A DNA stretch of 64,000 bases, from the NCBI GenBank assembly GCA_013178305.1, contig JABLXB010000006.1, forward strand, positions 25,921 to 89,920, in the 5' to 3' direction. This DNA comes from Bacillota bacterium (GTDB lineage Bacteria > Bacillota > Sulfobacillia > JABLXB01). Each line of letters opens with the position of its first letter. Positions within the stretch are counted from its first letter, which is position 1. Positions 17,817 to 26,091 of the stretch are shown piece after piece. The notes under the pieces are model-generated. The model saw nothing but the letters and a program-made list of their open reading frames with translations. It ran no database searches and had not been told where the DNA came from. The position numbers and the translations under genes were made by a program.

Positions 17817-19682
17817 TCACAACGAATCGAGGATCTCCGGAACCACCTCGTACCTGTCGAACGGGGGGGTGATATAGGCCCCCTGCGAGATGGGCTTTAT
17901 TTCACGCAGTGTGTCCGCGGCGATCTGTACTCCGGCAGCACTGTCGTTGCCTGCGGCCTCCATCTTTGAGCGGATCCATTCAGGGATTACCATCCCCGGT
18001 ACTTCGTTGTGGAGGAACCGCGCGTGCCTGGCCGACCTCAGTGGGAGGATCCCGGCGATTACGGGAATACGAAGGCCGGAGGCACGTGCGACAAATCGCT
18101 CGAGCACTGCAGGGTCGAAAACTGGCTGGGTCAGCACGAACGCCGCGCCGGCCGATACCTTCTCCTCGAGGCGTCCGAGTTCGCGCTCCAGGTCATTGGC
18201 GCCGGGGTCCACGGCCGCGCCGACGGCGAACCGGGTTGGCTCCGGCAGTGAATTCCCGGAAACGTCGTGGCCGGCGTTGAGGGCAGCAACGATGTTTATG
18301 AGCCCGGTCGAGTTCACGTCGAAAACGGCGGCGGCTCCGGGGTGGTCGCCCCTTGCGGGGGGGTCCCCCGTCAAAGCGAGAACGCTCCTGATTCCGAGCG
18401 CCCATGCGCCGATCAGGTCGGACTGCAGGCCCAGGAGGTTCCTGTCCCTGCAGGTCAGGTGAAGGATCGTCTCCATGCCACCTTTCTCCTGGATCAGGTG
18501 GGCCAGGGCAATCGGGCTCATCCTCATCCGTGCCATTGGGTTGTCAGCGATGTTCACCGAATCCACACCGCACTGCCTCAGTAGCCTTACCGCGGCGAGG
18601 ACGCGGGAGAACCCGGCCCCCTTTGGGGGGTCTATCTCCACGGTTATGACGAACCGCTCGCGCATCTTGTCCAGCAGGTTACGGCCGGGAACCAGCCCGG
18701 GTTCCTCGGGACGGCCTTTGCCGGGAAACGCATGGGCTGGGGCCTCCAAGGCCGGTCGCGAGCCGGGCGCCGCGATAGCGGCCTGTGCCGGGGTCTGCGG
18801 GGCCTTCATCCGGTTCCGGGCGTCGACCAGAGCGCGTGTGTGGTCGGGCGTAGTCCCGCAGCAGCCGCCGATGATCCTCGCCCCGGAGAATACCCATTCG
18901 CCCCAAAAAGAGGCGAAATATGCCGGTGAGGAAGAGCAGACCACGCGACCGTCGACGCCCCTTGATACCCCGGCGTTGGGCTGGACAGACAACGGAAACG
19001 CGCCGCCGGTGGCTCCCGCCAGTTCACGGAGGGGCGTCACGGCGTCGTAGGGGCCGGACCCGCAATTGAGCCCGAGGGCGTCAGGACGCAAAGGAGTGAG
19101 CCGGGCGGCTGCCGTGAGCGGGCTGACGCCCGCCGCTGTGTACCCGTCCCCGAGAAAACTCATCTGGCACACGACAGGCAGGTCGCACACCGCTTTGACG
19201 GCGCGCAGGGCTGCGCAGGCTTCCGCGAGGTCTGAGAGAGTCTCCAGGATGATCAGGTCCACGCCGCTTTCGGCGAGCGCGGATACCTGCTCCTCAAAGA
19301 CGGATTGGACGTCGGCGTCCCGCGCGATACCCAGGGGCTCGAGGCCCGGTCCCAGGGGCCCGACGGCACCTGCCACATACACACCACGGGACGCCGCGCG
19401 GCGGGCCAGTGCCGCCCCGGCCTGATTTATCTCCCGAACCCTGTGGGCATACCCAAACGCGGCAAGTTTCACCGCGTTGGCGCCATATGTGTTGGTCTCG
19501 ATTATGTCGGCCCCGGCCCGCACGTATTCCTCGTGTATGGAGAACACCAGGCCCGGCTCGTTCACGTTCAGGATGTCGAGGCACCTGCCGTACGGCACAC
19601 CCTTCTCGTAAATCTGAGTCCCCACTGCGCCATCACAGACGAGCACCTTCGATCGCAACGAATCAAGAAATGGTGACGCCAC
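17817..19682 (-). CDS. yitJ: Bifunctional homocysteine S-methyltransferase / 5,10-methylenetetrahydrofolate reductase (YitJ-like)
   Basis: N-terminal Hcy-binding domain (VCDGAVGTQIYEKG, GGCCGTTPDH). C-terminal MTHFR domain (ITVEIDPPKG, LALTGDPP). GTG 19682 follows GGAAGGTGG; the track start at 19793 is probably an over-extension. Confidence 0.85.
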   Translation of the reverse strand: MASPFLDSLRSKVLVCDGAVGTQIYEKGVPYGRCLDILNVNEPGLVFSIHEEYVRAGADIIETNTYGANAVKLAAFGYAHRVREINQAGAALARRAASRGVYVAGAVGPLGPGLEPLGIARDADVQSVFEEQVSALAESGVDLIILETLSDLAEACAALRAVKAVCDLPVVCQMSFLGDGYTAAGVSPLTAAARLTPLRPDALGLNCGSGPYDAVTPLRELAGATGGAFPLSVQPNAGVSRGVDGRVVCSSSPAYFASFWGEWVFSGARIIGGCCGTTPDHTRALVDARNRMKAPQTPAQAAIAAPGSRPALEAPAHAFPGKGRPEEPGLVPGRNLLDKMRERFVITVEIDPPKGAGFSRVLAAVRLLRQCGVDSVNIADNPMARMRMSPIALAHLIQEKGGMETILHLTCRDRNLLGLQSDLIGAWALGIRSVLALTGDPPARGDHPGAAAVFDVNSTGLINIVAALNAGHDVSGNSLPEPTRFAVGAAVDPGANDLERELGRLEEKVSAGAAFVLTQPVFDPAVLERFVARASGLRIPVIAGILPLRSARHARFLHNEVPGMVIPEWIRSKMEAAGNDSAAGVQIAADTLREIKPISQGAYITPPFDRYEVVPEILDSL

Positions 19683-19865
19683 GGTCGTCCACCTTCCGGA
19701 TACACACCCATCGCGCAGAGGCGGCGGTTGTGGTAATTGCAGGTATTCTAGCACGACCAGGTCACGATGGGAAGCACCAGTTCTTCCGGGCACTAGCTTT
19801 TTTGGAAAGTTCTATTAGGGCTTGGAATATGAATGTGTCGTACGAGAGCAAGGGGGGATAGGTGG

Positions 19866-21344
19866 ATGGAGAAGTTCGATGTCCTGAAGGATATAGCCGA
19901 ACGAACCGGCGGAGACATATACGTGGGAGTCGTTGGGCCAGTTCGAGTGGGGAAATCCACCTTTATCAGGAAATTCGTCGAGCTTCTGGTGCTCCCTAAC
20001 ATAGCCGACCCGAACGAAAGGGAGCGGGCCAGGGACGCGCTGCCGCAGGCCGCGGCGGGGCGGACGATCATGACGGTCGAGCCCAAGTTCGTTCCCGACG
20101 AAGGTGTGGAGATCTCCTTCAGGGACAACATTACCTTCAGGGTGAGGCTGGTCGACTGCACAGGCTACGTGGTCCCCGGAGCGCTCGGCTACGAGGAGGC
20201 CGAAGCCCAGCGGATGGTGCTGACGCCATGGGTTGAGCACGAGATACCGTTTCAGGAAGCCGCGGAGATCGGCACAAAGAAGGTCATCTCGGAACACTCA
20301 ACCATAGGCCTCGTCATCACGACGGACGGCAGCATCACGGACATCCCCCGCGACGCCTACGTCTCCGCTGAGGAGAGGGTCGTCGCCGAGCTGAAGGATC
20401 TTGGCAAGCCGTTCATAGTGGTCCTCAACACGGTAAACCCGTACACCAAGGAGACGTCGCAGCTCGCCGGAGAACTCGAGGAGAAGTATGACGTCTCGGT
20501 CATTCCGGTGGATTGCGCGAGCATGACCACGGACGACGTCGTTCTGGTCCTGGAGCAGGTGCTGTACGAGTTCCCCGTCAAGGAGGTCAACATCGCCCTG
20601 CCCAGGTGGGTTGACGAACTCGAGCCCAGGCACTGGCTCAAGTTGAAGTTCGAGGACGCAGTCAGGGACGCGGTGGCGAACGTCCGGAGGCTCAAGGACG
20701 TGGACCGCGCCGTCAACAGGCTGTCGATGAGCGAACTCGTGCAGGAGGTCGCCCTCAAGCGCATGGACATGGGGACCGGGGTGGCCGACGTCGAGATAGC
20801 CGCTCGCGAGCAGTTGTTCTTCGACATACTCGGTGAGATGGCTGACGAAAAAATAGGAGACAAAGCCGACCTGGTCAAGATCATGAGGGTTCTGACGACC
20901 GCGAGGCGCGAGTACGACAAGGTGGCGAGCGGCCTGAAGGAGGTGCGCGAAACCGGGTACGGCATGGTCCAGCCGCGCATCTCGGAGATGGTGTTCGAGG
21001 AGCCCGAGCTGATACGTCAGGGGAACAGGTTCGGCGTCAGGCTGAAGGCGCGGGCGCCGTCCATACACATGATTCGCGCCGACATATCCACCGAGGTCAC
21101 GCCGCTTATCGGGACGGAGAGGCAGTGCGAAGAACTCGTCAAGTACCTCCTCGACCAGTTCGAGGATGACCCAAAGAAGATCTGGGAATCGAATATGTTC
21201 GGGAAATCACTTCACGAGTTGATGAGGGAGGGTATCCAGAACAAGCTCTACGGGATGCCTGGGAACGCCCAGGAAAAGCTTCAGGAGACGCTGACACGGA
21301 TCGTTAACGAGGGCAGCGCCGGCCTGATCTGCATAATCCTGTAG
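19866..21344 (+). CDS. spoIVA: Stage IV sporulation protein A (spore-coat morphogenetic ATPase)
   Basis: ATG 19866 follows AGGGGGGATAGGTGG. MEKFDVLKDIAERTGGDIYVGVVGPVRVGKSTFIRKF is the conserved SpoIVA N-terminus with Walker A. 492 aa. Confidence 0.95.
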   Translation: MEKFDVLKDIAERTGGDIYVGVVGPVRVGKSTFIRKFVELLVLPNIADPNERERARDALPQAAAGRTIMTVEPKFVPDEGVEISFRDNITFRVRLVDCTGYVVPGALGYEEAEAQRMVLTPWVEHEIPFQEAAEIGTKKVISEHSTIGLVITTDGSITDIPRDAYVSAEERVVAELKDLGKPFIVVLNTVNPYTKETSQLAGELEEKYDVSVIPVDCASMTTDDVVLVLEQVLYEFPVKEVNIALPRWVDELEPRHWLKLKFEDAVRDAVANVRRLKDVDRAVNRLSMSELVQEVALKRMDMGTGVADVEIAAREQLFFDILGEMADEKIGDKADLVKIMRVLTTARREYDKVASGLKEVRETGYGMVQPRISEMVFEEPELIRQGNRFGVRLKARAPSIHMIRADISTEVTPLIGTERQCEELVKYLLDQFEDDPKKIWESNMFGKSLHELMREGIQNKLYGMPGNAQEKLQETLTRIVNEGSAGLICIIL

Positions 21345-21372
21345 GAACCCGCCGGTGGCTACGCCAACGAGC

Positions 21373-21399
21373 CGGCCCAGCCCGGCCGTTTTTTCTTTC
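21373..21399 (+). terminator. Possible weak intrinsic terminator after spoIVA
   Basis: Only a 5-bp GC stem, CGGCC-cagccc-GGCCG, followed by TTTTTTCTTTC. Confidence 0.35.
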
Positions 21400-21464
21400 T
21401 GCAGGATGTGGGCTGACCAGCGCAGAATACGCCGGGGGGCAATCCCACCGGAAGGATGGTGTAG

Positions 21465-22871
21465 TTGTACGGCTTCGGCATACTCGCAGCAGCGTCGTAC
21501 CTGGTAGGTTCGCTGCCCGGGGAGTCGATCTCGGCCAAAATAAAGGAGTGGATCAGGCGGAGGGGGTTCGATCCCTCAGTTATCAGGCTTAACGGCTCTC
21601 GCTGGGCGAGGATCGTCTCGCCCGTCCTCGGCGAGATCCCCACGATCACGGTGAACACCGTGAAAGGGCTGTCTGTGGTGTTTGCCGCCAGGGTGTTCGT
21701 CGGCTCGCAGATCGGGATGATGATCGCGGGCCTGTTCGCCGTCATGGGGCACGCGTGGCCGTTCCTGGGCTACTCCCCGCGGCAGAAGGGCATATCGGTC
21801 GCCACAGGGGCGATGGCCCCGATCGCGCCTGCCTCGCTCCTCATCATGCTTGCGGTGTGGGTCGCGGCATTCCGCCTGACCCGGTTCACGTCCGTCAGCA
21901 CCGTGCTCAGCTTCGGCCTCCTTCCATTGATCCTCTACCTCGTTCGCCACCACGACGTGTTCGTGATATATGGCGTTCTCATGTCCGCCATGGTGCTGAT
22001 CCAGATGGCCGGCGGCCTGGCCAGGATCTCGGAGGGCAAGGCCCCTCCTGTCGACGAAGGCGGCTCGATCCTCGGGGAAGAGGACGAGGCGGACGAGGAT
22101 GAGCCCGTGCGCAAGAAGAAGACCGGGCTCCGCGTGGCCGCCGCCATCGTCAGCCTCCTCGTGGCGGTCTTCTGGTTCGGCAACAAGTACGTCTACCGGG
22201 GTTTCGGGCTTCAGATAGGGGTCGTGCGCGGCGGAAGCCCCGACCTCAAGGTTATCGCGCTCACGTTCGACGACGGCCCTGACCCGGTATGGACCCCAAA
22301 GGTGCTCGACATCCTCAAGGAGAACGACGTCCGTGCGACGTTCTTCCTGGTCGGACGGCACGTGGAGAAGTACCCCGCGATCGCCAGGCGCATTGTCGAT
22401 GAGGGCCACTCGGTGGGCAACCACAGCTACTCTCATCTCAACATGCCGCTCCTCTCGGGCAAGAAGGCAGAGGACGAGATCGACAGGTGTGAAGAGGCGA
22501 TCGAGAATGTGTGCGGCGTGCGTACGGTGCTCTTTCGGCCCCCGCGAGGTCTTGCACAGGCAGCGGTTCGCCATCTGTTAATCCAGAAGCGGTACACGAT
22601 CGTGTTATGGAAGCTCAGTTCGCGCGACTGGGCCGAGCCCTCTTACAGGGAAATAGTCTCGACGTGCGCCGGCGCGCGCGGTGGCGACATCATCCTTTTC
22701 CACGACAGCGGCAGCCTGCTGAGCGCCCAGGGCGGCAGCAGGGCGGCCACCGTGAGGGCGCTGCCCTTGATCATCAAAGATCTGAGGAGCAAGGGCTTCC
22801 GGTTCGTCACCGTGGACCAGCTGATAGTCCTGTCCGACCTTAGCGGCAACCCGCCCGCCGCGCAGGAGTAG
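21465..22871 (+). CDS. Fusion protein: diverged PlsY-like membrane domain + NodB-type polysaccharide deacetylase domain
   Basis: TTG start after GGAAGGA. The N-terminal ~200 aa are colinear with PlsY (SYLVGSLP, FAVMGHAWPF, KGISVATG) but lack the GSGNxGATN motif. The C-terminus has NodB motifs (TFDDGPDP, HSVGNHSYSH, LFRPPRG, ILFHD). Confidence 0.7.
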   Translation: MYGFGILAAASYLVGSLPGESISAKIKEWIRRRGFDPSVIRLNGSRWARIVSPVLGEIPTITVNTVKGLSVVFAARVFVGSQIGMMIAGLFAVMGHAWPFLGYSPRQKGISVATGAMAPIAPASLLIMLAVWVAAFRLTRFTSVSTVLSFGLLPLILYLVRHHDVFVIYGVLMSAMVLIQMAGGLARISEGKAPPVDEGGSILGEEDEADEDEPVRKKKTGLRVAAAIVSLLVAVFWFGNKYVYRGFGLQIGVVRGGSPDLKVIALTFDDGPDPVWTPKVLDILKENDVRATFFLVGRHVEKYPAIARRIVDEGHSVGNHSYSHLNMPLLSGKKAEDEIDRCEEAIENVCGVRTVLFRPPRGLAQAAVRHLLIQKRYTIVLWKLSSRDWAEPSYREIVSTCAGARGGDIILFHDSGSLLSAQGGSRAATVRALPLIIKDLRSKGFRFVTVDQLIVLSDLSGNPPAAQE

Positions 22872-22976
22872 GCAAGTACGGCCGAGCAATACCGCGGAAC
22901 CGCGAGTGAAACCCCGATCATTCCCCGCAAGTAGATGAAACGCGGCCAGTTATTGTGAAAGTCATCACTTATCTAC

Positions 22977-23005
22977 TTGACACCTGTAAAGTCCGGCTCG
23001 ATAAT
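22977..23005 (+). promoter_or_regulatory. Sigma-A-type promoter upstream of the XRE-cupin regulator / hydrogenase operon
   Basis: TTGACA (22977-22982), 17-nt spacer, GATAAT (23000-23005). Confidence 0.5.
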
Positions 23006-23058
23006 AGTAAATGGCAAGAGATGTGCGATCCAAACCCGGGCCTGTCGGAGGGACTGCC

Positions 23059-23604
23059 GTGATAGGTGAACGCCTGAAGAAGCTCAGGATGAACTGTCAT
23101 ATGTCGGTCAGGAACCTGGCTGCCAGCGTGGGGGTCACCCCAAGCTTCATTTACCAGATCGAGCAGGGCAAGGTATCGCCCTCGTTCTCGACTCTGAAAG
23201 GTATAGCCGGCGCGCTCAATACGAGCGTCGCATTGCTCGCCGGGGACGACCTGCCCGAGGAATGGGAGGTCGTCAGGAAGGATCGCAGGCGGCACATTGT
23301 CACCGGGGATCCCGGTGTCAGGGTGGAGCTCCTGAACTTCCTCGGCCCGCGGAACAAGAAGATGCAGCCGGTTGCCCTGCGGCTCGAACCCGGCGCGACC
23401 CAGCAGGGATTCATATACAGCCACGACAGGGAAGACCTCGTCTACGTGCAGGAAGGCACCATCGAGGTCTCGTTCGGCCGAAAGGCATACACGCTGAACG
23501 AGGGGGACGTGGCCTATTTCATGTTCGAGCACCCCGCGGTTGTCCGTAACCCGGGTGACCGTACCGCGGTGGCGCTCTGGATCGTCTGCCCGCCCGGCGC
23601 GTGA
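23059..23604 (+). CDS. XRE-family HTH transcriptional regulator with C-terminal cupin domain
   Basis: GTG 23059 follows GGAGGGA; the alternative ATG 23011 would be almost leaderless. HTH segment SVRNLAASVGVTPSFIYQIEQGKVSPS. Cupin segment EDLVYVQEGTIEVSFG..GDVAYF. Confidence 0.8.
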   Translation: MIGERLKKLRMNCHMSVRNLAASVGVTPSFIYQIEQGKVSPSFSTLKGIAGALNTSVALLAGDDLPEEWEVVRKDRRRHIVTGDPGVRVELLNFLGPRNKKMQPVALRLEPGATQQGFIYSHDREDLVYVQEGTIEVSFGRKAYTLNEGDVAYFMFEHPAVVRNPGDRTAVALWIVCPPGA

Positions 23605-23645
23605 ACCGCCGGTGACGGGTTGTCGGTGGAAGGGGGTTTCTTCTG

Positions 23646-26072
23646 GTGACGGCGGCTGAGGCTCAGAGGAAGTTTTCAAAGCTCAACGAGATCGTGTCCA
23701 AGCACGGACGGAAGGCGACGAACCTGGTTGCCATACTCCAGGACGTGCAGGCGGAGTACCGGTACCTCCCGGAGGAAGTGCTGGCGTACGTCGCTACTGC
23801 GCTGAGGATCCCGCCATCGGTCGTGTTCGGCGTGGCGACCTTCTACTCGCAGTTCTCGCTGAGTCCCAAGGGGAAGTACGTGATAAAGGTATGTGACGGC
23901 ACCGCCTGCCACGTCCGGGGTTCGGACCACGTCTGCTACGCAATCAAGCAGGCGGCCGGCCTCAAGGACGATGAGATCACGACGCAGGACCTGAAGCTCA
24001 CGGTGGAGCCGGTCGCGTGCCTGGGGGCGTGCGGTCTGGCGCCCGCGGTCATGGTCAACGACGTCGAGGTTCACGGCCAGATGACGCCCGAAGAGGGCAA
24101 GAAGCTGGTGGAGAGCCTGCTCAAGCGAGAGGACGGTCCGCAGGAGCAGTCGACGGAGGGGCCTTCGTCTCAACCTGTCACGTTCAAGATATCGCGCAAG
24201 GGAGACCTGGTCGCGTCGGCGGAGAAGGCCGAATCCGCGATGAGGTCCGAGAAGGCAAGGATCCTTGTATGCGCCGAGACGGCGTGCGTCGCCAACGGCT
24301 CGCTCAAGGTGTACGAGGAGATCAGGAGGATCGTGGCCTCCAGGGGGCTGCTGGCCGACGTGTCGCTGGTCACCGAGGGACCCCGCGCCGCCGGGAAGGT
24401 GGGCGTCGTCAAGGCCGGCTGCCACGGGTACTGCCAGATAGGGCCGCTCGTGAAGATAGAGCCCGGCTCGGTCATGTACATCAAGGTCAAGCCGGAGGAC
24501 GCCGAGGACATAGTCGGAAAGACCATTGAGAAGAACGAGATCGTCGAGAGGCTACTATACAAGGACCCCGCGACTGGGAAGGTCGCGCGGAGCGAGAGCG
24601 AGATCCCGTTCTACAGTGGTCAGAAGAAGATAGTCCTGCGGACTTGCGGGCTCATCGATTCCGAGGACATCGAGGAGTACATCGCGATCGGGGGATACCA
24701 GGGACTCGCAAAGGCACTCACCGAAATGATGCCGGAGCGGGTCATCGAGGAAGTGACCGCGTCCGGCCTCAGGGGTCGCGGCGGCGGTGGATTCCCCACA
24801 GGCAAGAAGTGGCAGTTCGCCAGGCAATCGAAGGGCGACAAGAAGTACGTCGTGTGTAACGCGGATGAGGGCGACCCGGGCGCGTTCATGGACAGGAGCG
24901 TGCTCGAGGGTGACCCGCACCGCGTGCTCGAGGGCATGATGATCGCGGGATACGCGGTCGGAGCGGACGAGGGATACATCTACTGTCGCGCGGAGTACCC
25001 GCTCGCTGTGAAGAGATTCCGCAAGGCGATCGCCGACGCCGAAGGCTCTGGCCTCCTGGGCGACAACATCCTCGGGACGGGGTTCTCGTTCAGGGTGACG
25101 CTGAAGGAGGGCGCCGGGGCGTTCGTGTGTGGCGAGGAAACGGCGCTCCTGCAGTCAATCGAGGGTAAAAGGGGCATGCCGAGGCCGAGGCCGCCGTTCC
25201 CTGCGGTGTCAGGCCTGTGGGGCAAGCCCACCCTGATCAACAACGTTGAGACCTATGCAAATGTCCCGTACATCATCGCGAACGGGGCGAAGGCTTACAA
25301 CAAGTATGGCACGGCGAAGAGCGCAGGCACCAAGACGTTCTCGCTCGCGGGCCAGGTCGCCCGCACGGGGCTCATCGAAGTCCCGATGGGCATGACCCTG
25401 CGCGAGGTCGTGTTCGGCATTGGCGGCGGGATGAGGCGCGAGAGGCCCTTCAAGGCGGTCCAGATCGGCGGACCGTCGGGCGGATGCCTCACAAAGGACC
25501 ACCTGGACCTGCCGCTCGAGTACGAGGCGCTGACGTCCGTAGGCGCCATGGTCGGTTCCGGCGGCCTCGTCGTGGTCGACGACGGCACCTGCATGGTCGA
25601 GATGGCGAAGTTCTTCATGGGCTTCGTGCAGAGCGAGTCGTGCGGCAAGTGTGTTCCCTGTCGCGAGGGGACCAAGCGCATGCTCGACCTCCTCAAGAAG
25701 ATCACCGAGGGCAAGGCGACCGAGCAGGACGTCGACCTGCTGTACGAGACTGCGATGAACGTGAAGAACAGCGCCCTGTGCGGCCTCGGTAAGACGGCGC
25801 CGAACCCCGTGCTCACCACCATGAAGTACTTCAGGGACGAGTACATGGCGCACGTCCGGGAGAGGCGGTGCCCCGCCGGCGTGTGCAAGGCGCTGGTGAA
25901 GTACGGGATAGAGGCGTCCAGGTGCAAGGGATGCGGTGTGTGCGCGAAGGCGTGCCCCGCGGGCGCGATATCCGGCGAGATCAAGAAGCCTTACGTGATC
26001 GATCAGGACGCGTGCACCAAGTGCGGCACGTGCGTGGAGAAGTGCAAGTTCGGCGCCATCGGGGTGTCGTAA
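23646..26072 (+). CDS. Fused HydC-HydB (NuoE-NuoF-like) NAD(P)H-binding flavoprotein subunit of a bifurcating-type [FeFe]-hydrogenase
   Basis: 808 aa. NuoE-like 2Fe-2S (CDGTACHVRG..CLGACGLAP). Second thioredoxin-like 2Fe-2S module. NuoF FMN/NADH motifs (GLRGRGGGGFPTGKKW, CNADEGDPGAFMDR). ESCGKCVPCREG. Two C-terminal ferredoxin CxxCxxCxxxCP motifs. Confidence 0.9.
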   Translation: MTAAEAQRKFSKLNEIVSKHGRKATNLVAILQDVQAEYRYLPEEVLAYVATALRIPPSVVFGVATFYSQFSLSPKGKYVIKVCDGTACHVRGSDHVCYAIKQAAGLKDDEITTQDLKLTVEPVACLGACGLAPAVMVNDVEVHGQMTPEEGKKLVESLLKREDGPQEQSTEGPSSQPVTFKISRKGDLVASAEKAESAMRSEKARILVCAETACVANGSLKVYEEIRRIVASRGLLADVSLVTEGPRAAGKVGVVKAGCHGYCQIGPLVKIEPGSVMYIKVKPEDAEDIVGKTIEKNEIVERLLYKDPATGKVARSESEIPFYSGQKKIVLRTCGLIDSEDIEEYIAIGGYQGLAKALTEMMPERVIEEVTASGLRGRGGGGFPTGKKWQFARQSKGDKKYVVCNADEGDPGAFMDRSVLEGDPHRVLEGMMIAGYAVGADEGYIYCRAEYPLAVKRFRKAIADAEGSGLLGDNILGTGFSFRVTLKEGAGAFVCGEETALLQSIEGKRGMPRPRPPFPAVSGLWGKPTLINNVETYANVPYIIANGAKAYNKYGTAKSAGTKTFSLAGQVARTGLIEVPMGMTLREVVFGIGGGMRRERPFKAVQIGGPSGGCLTKDHLDLPLEYEALTSVGAMVGSGGLVVVDDGTCMVEMAKFFMGFVQSESCGKCVPCREGTKRMLDLLKKITEGKATEQDVDLLYETAMNVKNSALCGLGKTAPNPVLTTMKYFRDEYMAHVRERRCPAGVCKALVKYGIEASRCKGCGVCAKACPAGAISGEIKKPYVIDQDACTKCGTCVEKCKFGAIGVS

Positions 26073-26091
26073 CGGCGGGGAGGAGATCAGG

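Noticed and set aside
19683-19830. A possible SAM (S-box) riboswitch in the leader of the fused homocysteine-methyltransferase/MTHFR gene, as in Bacillus yitJ.
   Set aside because: Reading the minus-strand leader, I found only vague resemblance (GTGCTAGAATACCTGCAA). It lacks the conserved GAGGGA/kink-turn and the P1-P4 pairing pattern. This cannot be supported without a covariance-model scan.
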